Shown here piece after piece: positions 50,279-62,900 of a DNA stretch of 64,000 bases. The position numbers were made by a program, and so were the translations under genes. Location: the NCBI GenBank assembly GCA_047967505.1, contig CM106538.1; one strand, 5' to 3'. The notes beneath the pieces were generated by a model. That model did no database searches and was not told the origin of the DNA. It worked only from the letters and a program-made list of their open reading frames with translations. How positions within the stretch are numbered: the first letter of the stretch is position 1; the number at the start of each line of letters is the position of its first letter. The DNA is from Dipteris shenzhenensis. Taxonomy: Eukaryota.

Positions 50279-52266
50279 TGTTGGGGTAAGTATGATCAAG
50301 GGCTTGCTCTATGGTGCATGTGTGCATCTAGGGGAGTCACATGTGTGTTTGTGTGTGTTGTAAAGGCACATCAAGTGCTATGATGTGTCTAGTGTCTGAC
50401 CTAAGTGATGATGTAAGACAAAGGCAATCACACTGATGTAGGGATTGATTCCCACTGATGTAGGGGCTGATTGCCACTTATGTAGGGAAGGTATTACCTT
50501 CTCCCCCTTTCTATAAGAGAGAGTCCTCTCTCTCACAATCATAATAGAGAACTATCATCTTTCTGTCATTGTGCTCTCACACCTCTTGCAAGATGCATCT
50601 ATTCTATCCTACGGGATTCTACAAATGGTAAGAGAGCTTTAGGTTCTAGATCTAGCCTAGCCTAGCATTAGATCCTATCTCTAGCATAAACTACTAGTTT
50701 CTCATCTTCTCCATTTTCCTTCTTCTTTCCCAAATCTTTGAGAGCTCTGTTCTCTGCCTACAAACGACCATTGCCCAAACCCTTTGAGCTGCAAACTCCT
50801 CACGTATGGGCAAACTTCCAGCTGCAAGCAATCAGAGAAATTTCGACTATACACGCAATGCCAACACTCACACTCTCTGACGAAATTTCGCGCAATGCCG
50901 CCTTTGTACTTACCTATCTGCAAATTCCTCTGAGCTCGTGCTAGACGACACTGCTGAAATCTGAGCTCATTTGGACAAGAGATGGAGGAGAAAACGACGA
51001 AAAACCAGTCTATCTTCTCAAGCCTGGCTATGGTGACCTGGCGCAACATTGCGCCCCTCCTTGCTGGTAGCTCTTCTCTGGTATAAGGCCTTTCTTCCTG
51101 CATAAAAATCCCCTTGAATAGAGCTATGAGCTGTGAGAATTGCACCCTCCAAGTTCTGGTCTTTGTTTTGGACAGTTTTGACAAGGTTGTGAGTTTGATG
51201 CTACATTAGATGCTACTTTAGCATTTCTGATGTTTTAAAGTGTTGAATAGCTTCAGTACAACTATGGCTACAGCTTTGCTTTAAGTTGCTACACGTGGAT
51301 TTGCTTGGAATACTTTCATTTAGCCACCTCTATGAAGCATGCAAGTGAAAGCATCATTGATTTGTAGTATGGAATTTGGTTACAAGTCTTTGCTAAACTA
51401 AATGCTTGTACTTTGAAGGATTATTTTTTATTGCTCATATTTTCACTTGTAAGGCACTAGACACTGTCCTCGGGTAAGACCTTGCCATGGAAGCGAAGAC
51501 CTTTTTTGAGAAGTTGGATGGAACTAGTTTCCATACTTGGCAAACAAAAGCCAAATTTATGCTTATGAAAAAGAAGATATGGAATGTTGTGAATGGAAAG
51601 AAGTCTACAAAAGAAAAAGCTAAAGACAAGAAGGACTACTTCAACAACAAAGCAATTATGCCTGAAGGAAGAACTCCATCATCAAATGAAGAAAATGAAG
51701 ACTATGCTTTTTAGGCACCTTGTCTTTTTTGTTTATCATCACTTGGTCAAATTTTGAGGTTCTCTGCCTGGAGTAGAACTCCAAAAAGAATATGTTATGT
51801 AAATCACCTCTGGTCACCATATGATGTAGCCATAGATTAATCCTTGACCACCATGAGATGGCTTGAGAAACTATGAGACTAGATGTATCCTTGACACTGC
51901 AAGAGGCAACCTCTTGAGGGGGGGTTTGTTGGGGTAAGTATGATCAAGGGCTTGCTCTATGGTGCATGTGTGCATCTAGTCACATGTGTGTTTGTGTGTG
52001 TTGTAAAGGCACATCAAGTGCTATGATGTGTCTAGTGTGTGACCTAAGTGATGATATAAGACAAAGGCAATCCCACTGATGTAGGGATTGATTCCCACTG
52101 ATGTAGGGGCTGATTGCCACTTATGTAGGAAAGGTATTACCTTCTCCCCCTTTCTATAAGAGAGAGTCTTCTCTCTCACAATCATAATAGAGAACTATCA
52201 TCTTTCTTTCATTGTGCTCTCACACCTCTTGCAAGATGCATCTATTCTATCCTACGGGATTCTACA
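50279..52266 (+). mobile_element. Non-autonomous Copia-derived element I (1988 bp) nested in H
   Basis: LTRs 50279-50623 and 51927-52266; TSD CTCCT at 50274-50278 and 52267-52271; PBS-like TGGTAAGAGAGC at 50626; PPT GAGGGGGGG. Only a gag stub is present. Confidence 0.95.
51487..51714 (+). pseudogene. Copia gag N-terminal stub in element I
   Basis: MEAKTFFEKLDGTSFHTWQTKAKFMLMKKKIWNVVNG matches the Copia gag N-terminal KLDG.N...W motif. Confidence 0.8.
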
Positions 52267-53093
52267 CTCCTAAGGTAGGAACTTCTGTTGCGAGAATTTT
52301 GGACGATTTTTTCTCCAAGTATGGCCCTAATTTCGAAATTCGTGTTCATGCCTTGCAAGTGTCTGCTGGTTCATCGGTTAAGGGAAGTGGTATTAGATTG
52401 GGATAGAAGGAAGGAGAGAGAAAGTGAAGGGTGATTTCATTGCAAGATGTGACGGGCTGAGAGAGAGGGAGAGGTGTAGTTAGGAGGAGGTAGTCAAGTC
52501 CGGGTAGAGGCGTCAGAAGGGAGTCAGGAGACAGCGTAGGGCTGGGGCGAACCAAAGGAGATCCTGCGCATCGGCTGGCTGCTCAAGGGTTGTGATGGCA
52601 GGTAGAAGGGGAGCGCAGGAAGGTGCGCAACAGGATAGGGCTAGGCAGCAATCCAGGCCAATTGCTTTTCGGGGGGGGGCCTGGAGGCTTAAAAAGCACT
52701 ATCCCTCTGTTTTTGGAGGGTGAGCTTTTGGAAAAGCAGGGCTTTACTGAAAACCTGCTCTCCCCTTATTAATTCGGCCAGTTTGCCTTCTCTCCTAGCC
52801 TTTAGATTGCGCATACTTCCAGCCCCTTTACACCTTTACGCTCGGGAGCTAGAACACCTATACGGCCTGCTGCAGCACTTTGTACGGACAGCCAGGAGCG
52901 GAATCCCAGGTTCAAGAATTCGAGCTGACTCGTCAGCTCAGCTCAGCCAGCTTACCTTCTCCATCGACCAGCTTTCCCTTCTTCCATTGCCTCCTTCCTG
53001 GCCAGCTTTCACTTCGTTTCTACCTCCTAGCTCCAAGGCCACCTGCTTGCTTCCCTTCTCTCGCCTATCTTCTTTTCAGATCAGATTTCAGTC

Positions 53094-56000
53094 ATGGCTG
53101 ATTTTGTAGACCTCGAGCTTGCGATGGGAGACGAGGATATGAACTACCATGCGGAGGATGACAAGGGGCTCTACGATGATTTGATTACGAAGATAGCCTT
53201 CAATGAATTCACCACTGCTCTTGATGAAAAGTTTGAGCAGGTTAACACGAATCAAACTGAGTTGATACAGCAACTCCAAGGGATTCAGACTATACTCACA
53301 CTTTTGACTAGCACTGTTTAGGCACTCACGCATGTGGATGCCATGGCTTCAATGTTAGGTCTGAACATCCCTCCAGATCCTTTTCTTGAAGATCATAAGT
53401 CTCATACCAAGGAGGTTGCTAACACTTGGTTGCACAAGTGGCAAGTATACTACCAATTTCACCCTTTTCCAGATGACAAGAAAATACAGCTTGCAGCAGG
53501 GTTTATGTCAGAAAAGGCTTTATTGTGGTGGAAGGAACTCTGACCCAAGCCTACAACATGGATAGAATTCGAAGGGGTCTTCAGGAAAGAGTTTCTGAAG
53601 AAGCAGGAAGATTATGATATATTAGGCAAGCTCAAAGCCGTCGATATGTCCAAGCTGAATCTGACTTTGGAGGTTTATCTTTAAAGGTTTCGGGATTTGT
53701 AGACCAGAGCTATAAAGATGGATCCAGTGACCTTGTTAGGTTTCTTTGTGGATGGTTTGCCTGACTCGTAGAAGTTATAGATCAAGAACAATAAGTGCAC
53801 CACTTTGCAAGAGGCCATGAATTACGTGCGCATCTATGATGATACCATGGCCAGCACAAAGGGAACCACAGTTGCCGACACGGGTGGGAAGAACAAGAGG
53901 AAGTTCTTCCAGTCTACTACTGGTACCGGGGAGTCAAAGTCTATAGACAAAGCCTCCAAGAAACATTTGACTCCAGTGAAGAATGGTCGTGCCTGTTTCC
54001 TTCATACATTGAAGTTAAAGAAAGGACGTTGCTTCATATGCAAGCAGCAGGGCCACACTAGGAATGATTGTCCTAAGCGCAAGAATCAAATGCAAGCGTC
54101 GGGACCGAAGCTCCATGCGGATCTAGGTACCAAAGCTAAGGGAGCTAATCAAGTTTCGATGATAGGTATTTCTGTAAATGTCATTACCTGCTCACCTTCT
54201 TGTAATTGCACTTTTAATAATTCGTTATTTGGTTCCCATGATCTTTTCCGAGTTTATGGAGAAGTTAGGGACCAAAGAGTTCACATTCTTTTTGACCAAC
54301 TTTGTTAATTACAAACTTGTGTAGAAGATGGGGTTGTCCACGATACCTAGCGATCACACCTACGAGGTGCAGCTTCCAGTTTGGAAGCAATTTTGGAATT
54401 GCAAGATTGAAGTACTTTCTATGCGGATTCAAGGCTACACAACTGCTCTTACGTGCTATGTCATGTACTTGAAACATGTGGACTTGTTAATCGGAATTGA
54501 ATGGTTTAAAACCCACGATATTTGGATTGGATGGAAAGAGCATACCCTTTCTTTTTTGGATAAGGACATCCAATTTTGTATTCAGTGTGATAATATTCCC
54601 TCTTCTCAGGGACCTATTGTATTTGCAATGTAGCTTCGGAATATTATAAACACTTCTCATTATGATGTGTATCAGTGTGTTTTGATTCCGCTTTCTTCAT
54701 TTGTTGTATCTGTTAATAACAAAAATGATTTAAGTGTGTTTGAACACCGTGAATTGAGAATGTTGTTGGATGATTTCATGGATGTATTCCCTGCTCTACA
54801 GTCGGAAGGTTTACCTCCAGAACGGGCAGTAGTCCATCGCATAGATTTAGTACCTAGGACTCAACCTATTAGTGTTCCACCTTATAGGATGAGCCAGCTT
54901 GAGGAGGATGAGTTAGCTTCATAGCTACAAGATTATCTGAATATGGGCTTATATTCGCCCAAGTAAATTACCTTGGGGCGCACCTGTGCTCTTAAGAAAG
55001 AAGAAAGATAATTCGTGGAGAATGTGTATAGATTATAAACGATTGAATAAAGTGACAATTAAGAATCGATACCCTCTTTCTCGTTCCGATGATTTGATAG
55101 ACCGTTTGGCCAGAGCGAAGTATTTCACTAAGATTGATTTGCGTACGGGTTATCACCAAATTAGTATCTATGCTAGACACATAGATAGAACCACATTCCG
55201 AACTAGGTATGGCCACTACGAGTTTCTCATATTACCTTTTGGTTTGACCAATGCTCCTGCCACCTTCCAACAAATGATAAACGATTTGTTTCATGATTTT
55301 CTGGGCAAATTCGTTGTCGTGTTCTTAGATGACATCTTGGTATATAGCCGAACGCTAGAGGATCACATTGGACACCTTCGGATTGTCTTAGTTATTCTAA
55401 GAAAGCATAAGCTCTATGCCAAGATGAGTAAATGTGACTTCTTTATGAAGGAGATCATTTACTTAGGACACAAGATTTCTTCTCAAGGTATTAGCATTGA
55501 TCTGGATCGTATCTAGAAGGTTTTAGAATGGCCTATCCCTTAGACTGTGAAACAACTTGATTCTTTCCTAGGATTCACAGTTTTTCTACGGAAGTCTGTG
55601 CGTGATTATTCACACATCACAGCACCCCTAACCAACATATTGAAAGGTCGTGGACGCAGGTCTAACTAGCCAATCTCTTGGAATGATGCATTGCACAAGG
55701 CTTTTGAAACCTTGAAGTTAACTATCAAGGAAGCACCTGTTCTTACATTACCCGATCCTACCCGGCCTTATGTTTTAGAGGCCGATGCAAGTGATTTTGC
55801 GATTGGGGCAGCTTTATTCCAAGAGGGCAGACCTGTAGCTTTTAAGAGTAAGAAGCTAGACGACAACCAATATCGTTGGCCCACACTAGAAAAAGAACTC
55901 TATGCGGTTGTGTATGCTCTGAAGGTTTGGAGACACTATTTGTATGGTTCAAAGTTTCTTGTATTGACCGATCACCAGTCAATCAAGTACGTGGACGGGT

Positions 56001-57613
56001 CTGAATTAAGGGGATGAAAGGCTAGATAGGCAGAGTTAATGTAAGCTTTTGATTTTGAAATTCGTTATCGAAAGGGTTTGTTGAATAGTATGGTGGCCGA
56101 GTCAAGTTTGTAAATGCTATGTCATTTACAAAAATATCCTCAGACCTATTTCAATCCTTGAGAGGGCTTTGCGCAACTGATAGTCATTTCAATTCTTATT
56201 GGCAGAAAGTCGTGGATGGGAGCTCCATGGTTGACCAGGACTCGGGGATTGTGCCACCTACGGTACAGGCGGCAGGAGGTCAGGGATGATTAGGAATGGC
56301 TTGCTGTTCCAGAATGGAAAGATATGTGTGCTAGATGTTTCGGATCTTCGATTCAAGATTCTCTAGGAGTGTCATGATGCTCCTAGTGCTAGATATTCAG
56401 GTATACATCAGACTCTGTCTCTTGTGAAGCATATCTTTTATTGGCCTAAGATGCGTGTATTTATTGAAAACTCTGTGGTAAGTTGCTGGGTTTGTCAGGT
56501 TACTAAGGCAGAACGCCTTAGAAGCGCGGGTTTGTTACAGCCATTGCAAATCCCAAGTAAAGTATTTCCATGGATTTTATTACGGGTTTGCCTAGAACGC
56601 GCAAGGATCATGACTCCATTTGGGTCATAGTGGACCGTCTGACAAAAATGGCTAGATTCTTACCTACGAGAATAACCATCTCAGCTGTTCAATTGGCTCA
56701 CGAGTTGTGGACCACTTGTTTAAGCTGTATGGTTTGCCGTCTGACATAGTCAGCGACAAGGACTCAAAGTTTACAAGTAACTTTTGGACACTGGTTTTTG
56801 AGAAGTTGGAAACTACTCCAAGTATGAGTTCCTCAGATCACGCACAATCTGATGGCAGTATAGAGAAGGTCAACCAATTGGTTGAAGATATGCTTCGGGC
56901 ATATGTTTCTAAGAGACAGTATTCATGGGAAGATTATCTACCTATGATAGAATTTGCTTATAAGCAAAGCATTCAAGTATTGGTTACAGTCCTTTTATGC
57001 TTATGTACGGGTTTCAACCTAAGTCACCAGTTATGGTTGGGTTAAAGGGAATCCAAAATGATGCTACAACGACATTCTTGCAAGACATGCAAGAAATGTT
57101 ACAGTTTGCCAAGGAGTCTATTAGAAGTGCCCAAGATCGGGACAGATTTTATGCTAATAGACATCGTTCACCTAGAGAGTTCACTGAAGGAACGATGGTA
57201 TATTTGCATATTCCCAAGGAATCCAAGAGCCTAAGTACTGGTTTGGTTCCGAAGCTATCTCCCAAATACTGTGGTCCGTTCAAAGTTATTAAAAGAATTG
57301 GAGCAGTTGCATATAAACTAGAATTGCCTCCTGATGTTAAAGTACATCCCGTATTTCATGTCAGTAGACTGAAAGAGTTACTGGGTGCGGATGATGAACT
57401 TGTTTCTCCTCAAGAAATACAGATTTGACTTTTATTCCACATGAACCTGCGAGTATTCTTGAATTTCGTGAAAGACAAATTCGTAATAGAACTATCACAG
57501 AATACAAGATCAAGTGGAAGGATCGTGTTGATGAGGAATCAACATGGGAGACATTACAGAATCTCCTGAGGACATTCCCCGGTTTTTTAGCGAACTCAGG
57601 AGTGATTTCTTAG
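53094..57613 (+). pseudogene. Gypsy gag-PR-RT-RH-IN-chromodomain of H, disrupted
   Basis: [75 protein letters not shown]; chromodomain EPASILE...EYKIKWKDRVDEESTWE (57425-57613). Confidence 0.95.
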
Positions 57614-59918
57614 AGGGGTAGTATGTCATGTGCATATACTGGGTACACAAGACTAGCTTCGGTAGCCTGGGAAGGCTTAGACCTAGGTAGGCTTGATTCT
57701 CAAGTTGAGTAGCAAGGGTCTTCGTTATTTTTGGCGCTTGGGGCCCAAGTCTATATAAGGGGCCCAGAGGTTCAGTTCTTAGAGAGCCGATGGGAGCAAG
57801 TCTCATTCCCAGGTGCTAGGTCTGATCCTGGATTGAGTCACGGACACGCTCGTGCATCATAGCATAGCCCAAGGCCCAGCAGTAGATCCCAGGCTTCACA
57901 GCGCCACCTGGTGGTATGGGACACCAGGCTAGTTAGGATCCGGTTGGGAGTTCGTGCCAATAGCTCAGCTCGTGGCTCGGAGGGGACATCTCTTGATTCA
58001 GGATCGCATCCCGTAGATGTTATGGTTGGGTGGTGAGCAGCCTGCTCAGTTTTCTCACGTTTTGTGTGTTCTTGTGTTTGCTTGCAGATCAGGGGTTTCA
58101 GGAGTGCTGGGGTCGTGTCACATCTCCACACATGGCTTAAGAGTTCTTGTTGACGGTCATCGTTGTGCCATGTATGATAACTGGCACGATAACTGTAATG
58201 TACTCATTGGGACACTTGATAGTGGCTTGTATCTCTCCATGATATATTTGAAAAAAGATGTTGCTAAACCATATAGAAGCTAATGCCATTGCTGAAGCTG
58301 TGATTTCCAATACTCACTCATGGCATGGTGCATCCAAGAAGTTGCACCTAGTACAAAGTGATGTATGCAGGCGGATGTGGACAGCATCACTTGGGAGTAC
58401 TTAATACTTTATTACTTTTGTGGATGACTTCACCAAGGTTTACGTGGATTTATTCCATGAAATCCAATTCGGATGTCTTCTCTTGCTTCAAGCATTTTCT
58501 TGCCTTAGTAGAGAATGAGAGTGGGAAAAACTCTTGATTGAGAGGGGGGTTGAATATTTATCCCATGAGTAGCGGTCTGGGTATCATACATCAGTGCACA
58601 GTGCCATACATTTTGTTTTGTTTTGAGAGCCGGCTTTGCTGTGTGAGGCACTTAACCCGCCAAACATTTTATGGAGAACTCTTTCCCCCCGCCTTGTTTA
58701 TTCGGCACCACCTCAAGTGTGGACCCTCCATACTTTATGGAAACTAAGAGAGCGGAGAAGATCCCAGGAACCTGATGGACCCAAGCATGCGGGACTTGCC
58801 TTCGACCCCCAGGCCTCCAGCTCACCATGCTAAAACTCCATAAACCGGCGAGGGCTTGGACTAGAGCTGCCATACACATACACTCCGCAACAAAATGAAC
58901 TTGCAGAGTTAAAAAATAGAAAATCCATGAAAATGGGCAGGTGCATGCGTAAGGGGAAGTCTTTGTTGAATAAATTCTGGTTGGATGCCGTTATGCGTGC
59001 CAATTGTGTGCTCAATCAAGCACCCACTCAAGCATTGAAGACCAGGATCCCTTATGAAGCATGGACGGGCCGCCTGTAATTTCTCACATGCTAGTGTTTG
59101 GATCTCTTGCATATGCACATGTACCCTCTCAACTGAGGCGTAAGCTGGATGATAAGGCCATTAAAGCATTTTCATTGGCTACAGCTCATAGAGAAAAGGA
59201 TGCAAGTTGTTTGCCCAGCACAAGCAAGATCATTGTTAGTAAAGACGTGGTTTTTGCTGAGAATGCAGCTTTATTTTGGACGGATTGTAAAAAACAGCCG
59301 TCAGTAGAAGCCCCTGATATACTTTCATACTGCCCTTCTTTTAGTTACACAGATTCCGATGCCTCTTTGCAAGGTACGACTCCAAATGCTTCTAGCAGTT
59401 CACAGCCTCCCCCCATTGCCAATGTTCAGTCTAATTTGCAGTGACTTGATTATTATGCATTGATCATGTAGTTGATGAGGAGCAGGCTCTCATTAGACAA
59501 TAGAAAAGAGTTTCAAGGTTTGGATACTCTATGGGACAACAAGCAAACTGAGTCCTTGGCTACTCGCGCAAAGGTGCACAAAAATAAATGCATGGCAATT
59601 TGCTTCATGTTGCTTTGATTGCTACTGCCTGTAATGAGGAACCTCTGTGTCATGAGGATAACAGAGAATGGAAGGATGCCATTAGAGCTGAACTTGATTC
59701 TATTGTACATGGTAGTCGTGTGACTTGCCAACAGGCAAGCATGCTATACACACTAAGTGGGTCTACGAATTGAAGCAGAAGGCTGATGGCAGTGTTGACC
59801 GTGACAAAGCGCGCCTTGTTGCAAAGGCTATGCCCATCAACATGGCATTGACTTTGAGGAGACATTTGATCCCACTTCATGCATTACTACCATGTGGTGT
59901 GTCATTGTTCTTGCATCC

Positions 59919-62900
59919 TGTTGGGGTAAAGGCACATTGCCACCCCTTTATTAAAGATATGGCACCTATGACTGTCTTAAGACAGTCATAGGGGGAAAAC
60001 CTAATCCTAATAAAACTTAAGAGTTTGTGGTGTGGCTCATCACTTCACACCCGCATGTTTTGAGTCTCACTCTCTCCCTCTTGTTCTTCTCCCACTCACC
60101 TTCTCCCTTCAACTGGTATCAGAGCCTATTCTCCCTCTCCACTCCCTACCCTAGCCTACCCACCCCCTCGACCTCTACCTAGCCTCTGCAAGGGCAGGCA
60201 GCGCAGCAAGGGCCAGCGGGACAGCAAGGGCAGCGCACCGTACTGCCCACGCGGGTGAGCAGCTGGTCTGCGAGCAGAGTAAGGCGGCGCGGGACAGTGG
60301 CAACACGCAGGTGCACTGCGCAAGCAGTGTGGGTAACGAGGCGGCGCACCCGCAGGCAGCGCGGGGCAGCCGGCCTTCGTTGCAGCAGCTAGCTGCTGCT
60401 AGCTGCGTGTGCGCAACATTTTGCGCACTATACAGCTACTGTACAGACGTACGGCCGTCCGTACCGCCGTACGGTAGCCGTACAGGCGTCCGTACAGTAC
60501 GGACGACGCCGTACTGTTTCCTTGGAAACTGCGACAGGGAGGCGTTCTTTTTTTAAGGGAGCAGCGTCAGGCATCTAGGCACGCAGGCCTAGGTGGCATT
60601 CGAGGAGGAAGAAGAAGAAAATCTCGATTTTCTTCAAAAGTACAGCAGGTCCAGCGAGGAGATTTGGTTTTTTACCCGAGGTGCATTGCATTGCATGAAG
60701 TACAGCAAGTACTTTCTCAGTTATCTCCCTTCTGCGTGGAGAACTTGTGCACAGATATCGGGATTTATGCATCTGACAGAGGATATATGCCTTTATTGGG
60801 TTTGAATCTCAGTTTACGGGTGAGCAGATCATAGGGCTTTTGCCCGGCAGCTTTGTATGCCTTGAGGTAGTGTGGTGTTAGAGTGCACACATTTGTCTCG
60901 ATTTCCGTAGTGTGGAGGTGACATTTTCTTGCAGGTCACATTTCTTGTGCAACACTCAGAGAACCTCAGTTGAGCCACGCTTGGCCAGGGCGCATCGAGT
61001 TTACTCGGTCCCTAACTGTCCATCGTTGACAATGCTCAAAAGGTTCCTCATTGAGTGTTTGTACGTTGGGATCTGTGTATGTCATTTCTACACATGGCAG
61101 TATTTGCATTACACTGTTAGTTGATTTTGTCAGAGAGATTTGCACATTGTATGCCTTATCCCTCATTGTTGAGGTTGTTTTCACTTGGTACAAGTGTCAG
61201 GTCAAGGGGCTTTTGCCCAGATTTTGCTTGAGAGCACTTGGGTTACTGTCAGAGATCTTCGGATGCATTTTATTCCCTTGGCAGAAGGGTAATTGCTTGG
61301 GATTTATCCCATTTTTTGTTGCAGGTTTTGTGACAGGCTGAAGTGTCTGGAGCTCTTTTTTTTTGGTGAACAAAACAGTGTATGCTAAGTGGTTTATGCA
61401 TATTAAATCAGTGCAATATCTCATCTGAGGTGGGAGAAGTGATCAGGACAGCAGTGTTTTGTGCCTTGTCAGCTGATGATGCACTGTTAAAGCACTTGTG
61501 GAGCAGCTGCAGTATTCTGAAATTACTGTTTTTATGCCTATTTGAGCACGGTACAGTGTGTCAGAAGGTACAGTAACTGGAGAGAAATTTTCTGTTGTGC
61601 TGCAGATTTTCTGACAGTAAAAAAAAACAGCACTATTGTGAGTGCTCCTGGCTCTTGATAGAGCAGGTTTTTTCTGAGAAATCAGAATTTTATTCAGTCT
61701 TTCTTGACTTACAGGGAGTCAGGTACTTTCCTTATCTGATATGGCATCAGGGGGAAGTGAATCATCAATTCTGAACATAAAGAAGTTGGAAGGGGCACAC
61801 AATTATGCATTATGGGCAGAACAGTGTTTGAATGTAATTCTGCTTAAGAAGATTTCTAAGCCCATAAGGGTGAAGGGTGTCAAGCCATCTGGGATGTCAG
61901 ATGATGAATGGGAGGAGCTAGATCTGTCCGCGAGGGCTGCTATCATGCTTACTCTCAGTGATTCTCTTGTGTACAATGTTCAGGCTGAAAAGACCTCTTA
62001 TGGTGTATGGCAGAGGCTAGCAGAGTTGTATGCCCAAAAGAGTTCAGCCAGTAAGGTGTATTGGTTGAAGAAGCTGGTTGATCTTCGCATGAAGGAAGGT
62101 ACAGCTATGACCTCACACTTGAGTGAGTTCAATGCCATCTTTACACAGCTGATTGCACAGGGGTTGAACCTGGATGAGGAGTTCAAGGCTACTTTCTTGT
62201 TGTGTACCCTTCCTGAGAGTTGGGACACTTTCAAGACCACCTTGTCTAATTCGAATGTCACTCTTATATATGCTGATGTAGAGAGCTCTCTCCTCATGGA
62301 GGAGATGAGCAGGAAAAATAATGCGGGCAGCAAGTCTTCAAATGCTTTGCAGGTACAGGAAAGAAGCAGGACTCAGCAGAAGGGGAGATCTGCTAGTAAG
62401 TCCAAATCCCGAAGTCAGTCCCGTGGTAAAAAGGACATTGAATGCTTTTATTGTGGCAAGAAGGGACATGTGAAGTCTAAGTGCTTCAAGTTTATACGGG
62501 ATCAGAAAGCCAAGAAGGCTGAAGTAAAGGATGCAGGCAGTGGAAGTAAAGGCAAAGGCAAGGCCAAGGTAGATGACTTGGATGCAGCGAATGTTGCAGC
62601 AGAGGACAGTGACAGTGACAGACATGAGGTATTATGTTCTTCTGCTGTAATTGCACATACCTTGGTTATTGATGGCCATGACATGCACACCTGGCTCTTG
62701 GATTCAGGTGCTTCTTTTCATGATACTCCTCATAGGGAGTGGTTTACTTCCTACACAGGTACTTATGGAGTTGTTCACCTTGGGAACAACTATGCATGTC
62801 AGATTGCAGGGATTGGCAGTATACAGATAGTGTTCCTTGATGGACGTACTTTTATGCTTGATGGTGTTCGCCATGTGCCGCAAATCAAGAAAAATCTTAT

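Larger units (their letters stand above)
49726..58120 (+). mobile_element. Ty3/Gypsy chromovirus element H, full length
   Basis: LTRs 49726-50256 and 57624-58120; TSD CATCT at 49721-49725 and 58121-58125; PBS 50259-50272; PPT AGAGGGGTAG about 57612-57621. Confidence 0.97.
48060..59918 (+). mobile_element. Degraded Copia element G (relative of F), interrupted by H and then J
   Basis: Gag, WYFDNSASKHI and VLYVPGI at 48870-49725 resume at 58126 (YAHVPSQLRRKLDDKAIK, ATACNEEPLCH, KWVYELKQKADGSVDR.KARLVAK). Collinear with F. Confidence 0.9.
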
